A stretch of 64,000 nt of DNA from a virus. The DNA lies in the IMG/VR virus record IMGVR_UViG_3300045988_167582; one strand, given 5' to 3'. Positions 60,834 through 64,000 of the stretch are shown one piece after another; positions within the stretch are counted from its first letter, which is position 1, and each line of letters opens with the position of its first letter. A model generated the notes under the pieces. It made no database searches and had not been told where the DNA came from. It was given only the letters and a program-made list of their open reading frames with translations. A program made the translations under genes and the position numbers.

Positions 60834-61847
60834 TTAAGCCATTTCGTAACGTCCAATACCAGCGTTGCCACCAGCAAGAACGATACCCATGCCGTATTTC
60901 TCACCGTAGAAATACTCCTGAGTGAAGTCGGCTTTCGTGGTCGGGTCGCCCATGAGAACAATCGGGTTGCCCTCGTAAACAACCTTAATGGGCTTGTCGT
61001 CACCGGCGATAATGGTGAGGACGTCGTCCTTCAGGACAAAATCGGTAGAGCCGACCTTATGACGCTGCGGGGTTACAACAACGGGAGTTCCGTAGAACTT
61101 ACCAGCGTAACCGAGGTTGTAAAGGTCAGACTTGAAACCTTCGCCCTGAATAGAGGGGACGAGGTTACGGATAGCCTTCTTAGTGCCAACGATTGTGGCA
61201 GGCTTGCCGCCCGCAGCAGCCTCAACATGGGCGATGAGGTCTAAGAGGGCTTCCTCATCATAAGTACCTGCGGTGGGGAAGTATGTAACACCACCAAGGT
61301 CTGCAGCGGTAGCACCACTCCAGAGACCGTAAACGTCGTTGAGCAGCTTCTGGCGGAAAGATTCTGCAACCTTATTGATAAAGTCGTTGAAGTCAACGCG
61401 ACCGGAGAGTACGCGATTGAGTTCCTCATAGATTCTCACAGCCTTGAGGGAAGTGGGAATAGAGGTCTCCTTCGCTCCGCCGAGGCGCTGGCGACGAATG
61501 CCCTGAGTGCCATCCGCAGCTTCAGACACAACAAAGAGAGTGTTGTCCTCAACAACGAAAATATTCTGGTCGCCTTCTGCGAGGTTACGGAAGTCAACAA
61601 GCGCGTTGAAATACTCATCGCCCTGAAGACCCTCAACAACAGTACGGCTGAGGATTTCCTCGATGAGAGTGAAAAGACCACTGCACTTACCGTCGCGAAT
61701 AGCCTTATAGTCTAATTTGGTACTGCCGCCATTGGCATCGATAAGTGCCTGACGGAGAACGTCCTGAGACTGCTTAGTAGAGTACTTCTCAACATTACCC
61801 TTATAAGCGTCAACAGCGAGCTTAACAATTTCTTTCATATCAGTCAT
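60834..61847 (-). CDS. major capsid protein
   Basis: 337 aa with a strong GGAGGA SD, followed by a terminator. Sequence resembles Firmicute siphovirus capsid proteins (RVDFNDFINKVAESF...). Confidence 0.7.
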   Translation of the reverse strand: MTDMKEIVKLAVDAYKGNVEKYSTKQSQDVLRQALIDANGGSTKLDYKAIRDGKCSGLFTLIEEILSRTVVEGLQGDEYFNALVDFRNLAEGDQNIFVVEDNTLFVVSEAADGTQGIRRQRLGGAKETSIPTSLKAVRIYEELNRVLSGRVDFNDFINKVAESFRQKLLNDVYGLWSGATAADLGGVTYFPTAGTYDEEALLDLIAHVEAAAGGKPATIVGTKKAIRNLVPSIQGEGFKSDLYNLGYAGKFYGTPVVVTPQRHKVGSTDFVLKDDVLTIIAGDDKPIKVVYEGNPIVLMGDPTTKADFTQEYFYGEKYGMGIVLAGGNAGIGRYEMA

Positions 61848-61870
61848 GATTTGTTTCCTCCTTTCAGTGA

Positions 61871-62377
61871 TTAGTCCACCTTGATGACGTAGTATGTATA
61901 TCTACCAACGACATCAACAGCGATGATACGACCAACTTTGGTGGAGCCAGTAGTAGCCGAAGCCACAAACGCAAGCTTAGTACCGGCGGCTAACTCAACG
62001 ATATTTCCAACGGCGGGAGTGCCGGTACCGGAGAGCGCCTCCGCAGTAACAGAGAAAGTGTCGCCGCTGTGGATGTGATAACCACGGCAAGCCTTGCCAG
62101 CCTCGTTTACGAAGTCATCAAGATTGTGCTTATGCTCGTCATATACCACCTCAGGAGAAGCGATAAGAACGATATCGTCAATTTTGTCATTAGCGGCAAC
62201 CGCACCGCCGATATAGATTTCGCGCTCACCAGTCATGAGAGCGCCAATTTTAAGAACATTACCGTTTTCAATAGCGGTAGGGGTGGCACCATTGGCGCCC
62301 ATATACTTCACGGACACAAGCTGACCACGGACATCGGTGCCAGCCATAGCGTCAGTTCTAACTACTGCATATGCCAT
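61871..62377 (-). CDS. hypothetical head protein (decoration or scaffold-associated)
   Basis: Lies between the scaffold/protease gene and the capsid gene. Confidence 0.35.
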   Translation of the reverse strand: MAYAVVRTDAMAGTDVRGQLVSVKYMGANGATPTAIENGNVLKIGALMTGEREIYIGGAVAANDKIDDIVLIASPEVVYDEHKHNLDDFVNEAGKACRGYHIHSGDTFSVTAEALSGTGTPAVGNIVELAAGTKLAFVASATTGSTKVGRIIAVDVVGRYTYYVIKVD

Positions 62378-62398
62378 AATGTAATTACCTCCTGTTAA

Positions 62399-63937
62399 TT
62401 ATTCAGATTCAATTCCGTACTGACGGAATAATCCGCCATACGGTTCTGTAGTTGTGTCGGTTTTATCGACCTTGATTTTCGGAGCCTTTGTGCTTGCGTC
62501 ATAAGAGAATTTCGCAACAGTGTTTCTGCCACGAATTGCAAAGCATTTTTCCTCCAACGTAGCAACATCATACTTCTCGGCTTCCGCCTTGAGAGCTTCA
62601 AACGCTTCTACGCCTAATAAATCTTCAAACTGAGCGAAGACTTCATCTCGCTCTGTTTTCGCAACGGCTGCATCGGTATCAGCCTTGAACTGACGAAGTG
62701 TGTCAAGCTCAGATTTCATAGATGCAATCGTGTCGGAGGCGCTTTGGTATTTAGCTTCCAAGTCGGTATTGCTATGGATTTTCTCTTCAAGTATTGTGTA
62801 CACAGCGGCAAACGGTGAAGCCTGTTCGCCTTCGTCAAAATCTACGATTTCGTATTTCTTGCGCTTCTTGCTATCGAAATCGATTATTACAGCATCGCCG
62901 TCGATTTTATAGGCGAAACCATATAAGAGCCAGTCATTGCTGTCCCAGCAGAACACCTCATTGGCGTCTTTATCGTAGTCCACAAACCAATACCTTGTGA
63001 CTTCACCCCATTCCCGCTGAACCTTTTCAGCCTCAAGGGCTCTGCAGAGTTCCTCTCTGAAATTACCTTCAAGAGCGAATTTGCTGTCTGCGTCACCGTC
63101 AGTATCGTTATGGTTGTCATCGGACTTGCCTGCCGTGAACTCCTTTAATTTCTCCTCGAGCTCATCTAAAGAGATGTCGTCGATAGAAAAATCTAAAGTT
63201 TCGGCGTCAAGCCCGTACTTTGCGATTAAATCTAACTTATCTTTCAATACCTTTTCTCCTCCTTCCATCGAATAATTTTGTGGGTGTATATTGTCATCCT
63301 CCGCAGAGGTATTGACCTTAGAAAAACTCTCCTTTATCTCAAGCATCATCTCTGAAAGTTGCTGCTTGAAATCCTGCTTTGAAAATTCAAGTGCGGCAGA
63401 CTCAAAACACGGCTCTACGCCAATTAACGCAAAAGCGGTGAACTCGAAATCATAGATTTCATAAACGCCATTCACCATCTTGCCGTCATTAACGGTAATC
63501 TCCATAGACTGTGCGCTACAGCCGTCTTTCTTGATTTTTTGATATGCCTCTTGTCGCTTCCAAAGCAAAGCTTCAGCGCATAGATACTCGTGTACGGTTC
63601 CGTCATCTTCTTCAACTTCTTCCCAGAAAGTTTTGGCGCTCTCAGGGATGCATCCCACCGGGGTGGTGTCATTGACAATTCTTAAACCGCCGTCGCTATC
63701 TCGAACAATTTCCATATCATGTCCGCCGAGCGTGTCTGTCTCTCTGTCGTAATTGCAAACAATAGGACAGTTGTAAATTGTCTTCAGGCACCGTTCAAAG
63801 GTCGCCTTGTCAATTCGGCTCTTGTTTCTGTTTTCGCCGGAATAAGCAATTCTCAAAATTCCAGAGTCGAAGGAAGAATTGACTTCACACAAGTCGGTTA
63901 AAGATGATGCGTATGTCAAATTTAAGACCTTATTCAT
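62399..63937 (-). CDS. putative prohead protease/scaffolding fusion protein
   Basis: Position upstream of the capsid gene. Acidic coiled-coil C-terminal half typical of scaffolds. Confidence 0.4.
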   Translation of the reverse strand: MNKVLNLTYASSLTDLCEVNSSFDSGILRIAYSGENRNKSRIDKATFERCLKTIYNCPIVCNYDRETDTLGGHDMEIVRDSDGGLRIVNDTTPVGCIPESAKTFWEEVEEDDGTVHEYLCAEALLWKRQEAYQKIKKDGCSAQSMEITVNDGKMVNGVYEIYDFEFTAFALIGVEPCFESAALEFSKQDFKQQLSEMMLEIKESFSKVNTSAEDDNIHPQNYSMEGGEKVLKDKLDLIAKYGLDAETLDFSIDDISLDELEEKLKEFTAGKSDDNHNDTDGDADSKFALEGNFREELCRALEAEKVQREWGEVTRYWFVDYDKDANEVFCWDSNDWLLYGFAYKIDGDAVIIDFDSKKRKKYEIVDFDEGEQASPFAAVYTILEEKIHSNTDLEAKYQSASDTIASMKSELDTLRQFKADTDAAVAKTERDEVFAQFEDLLGVEAFEALKAEAEKYDVATLEEKCFAIRGRNTVAKFSYDASTKAPKIKVDKTDTTTEPYGGLFRQYGIESE

Positions 63938-63948
63938 CTCAACCTCCT

Positions 63949-63980
63949 AAAATAAAAACACCGTATACTGCTGTATACGG
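63949..63980 (-). terminator. rho-independent terminator upstream of the scaffold gene
   Basis: On the minus strand: CCGTATAC-agca-GTATACGG followed by TGTTTTTATTTT, then the SD. Confidence 0.5.
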
Positions 63981-64000
63981 GTCAGAATGTAAGAGTGTTT

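Noticed and set aside
1-64000. Search for reverse transcriptase (retron/DGR), Cas genes, transposases or IS elements
   Set aside because: No RT (YxDD), Cas or DDE-transposase motifs were recognised in any long ORF. The only mobile-type genes are the Tn916-family int/xis and the two degraded homing endonucleases.

Overview
The window is most of a temperate siphovirus-type phage genome (over 64 kb). The host is probably a low-GC Gram-positive anaerobe. That inference rests on the anaerobic RNR NrdDG, a Tn916-type Int/Xis pair, a phiLC3-type holin, XkdX and a SleB-like hydrolase. The genome is in the attP (non-integrated) configuration, because phage genes lie on both sides of int. Layout: 1-11.9 kb (+) holds accessory and early genes, including a ClpP paralog, Lar, a radical SAM protein, a tRNA-repair-like operon and a cysteine desulfurase. 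At 11.9-13.4 kb sits an immunity switch: a LexA/CI-type repressor on the minus strand, overlapping divergent consensus promoters, and a candidate antisense sRNA. From 13.4-33.7 kb (+) come a MazF-like toxin, tRNA-Gln(UUG), a recombination and replication module (HD, Erf, SSB, Cas4-like nuclease, DnaB, primase, Pol III alpha) and a large nucleotide-metabolism and redox module (ThyX-like, dNMP kinase, ClpP2, PhoH, 5'-nucleotidase, NrdH/D/G, FTR-like, Pth2, Dut). Xis-Int occupy 33.7-35.3 kb and a repeat-dense attP candidate occupies 35.3-35.7 kb. The rest is on the minus strand: an autonomous SLOG + ComF-type PRTase cassette, the lysis genes (including a holin-M23-SH3 fusion), tail fibre and baseplate genes, a 2372-aa tape measure protein, and the tail and head genes. 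The most interesting candidates are the SLOG/PRTase cassette, the RlaP/CCA/phosphoesterase operon, the orphan MazF-like unit, the antisense sRNA in the switch, the holin-endolysin fusion, and the RusA-containing insertion bracketed by terminators in the tail operon. All calls come from motif recognition by eye and from gene context. No database search was run.
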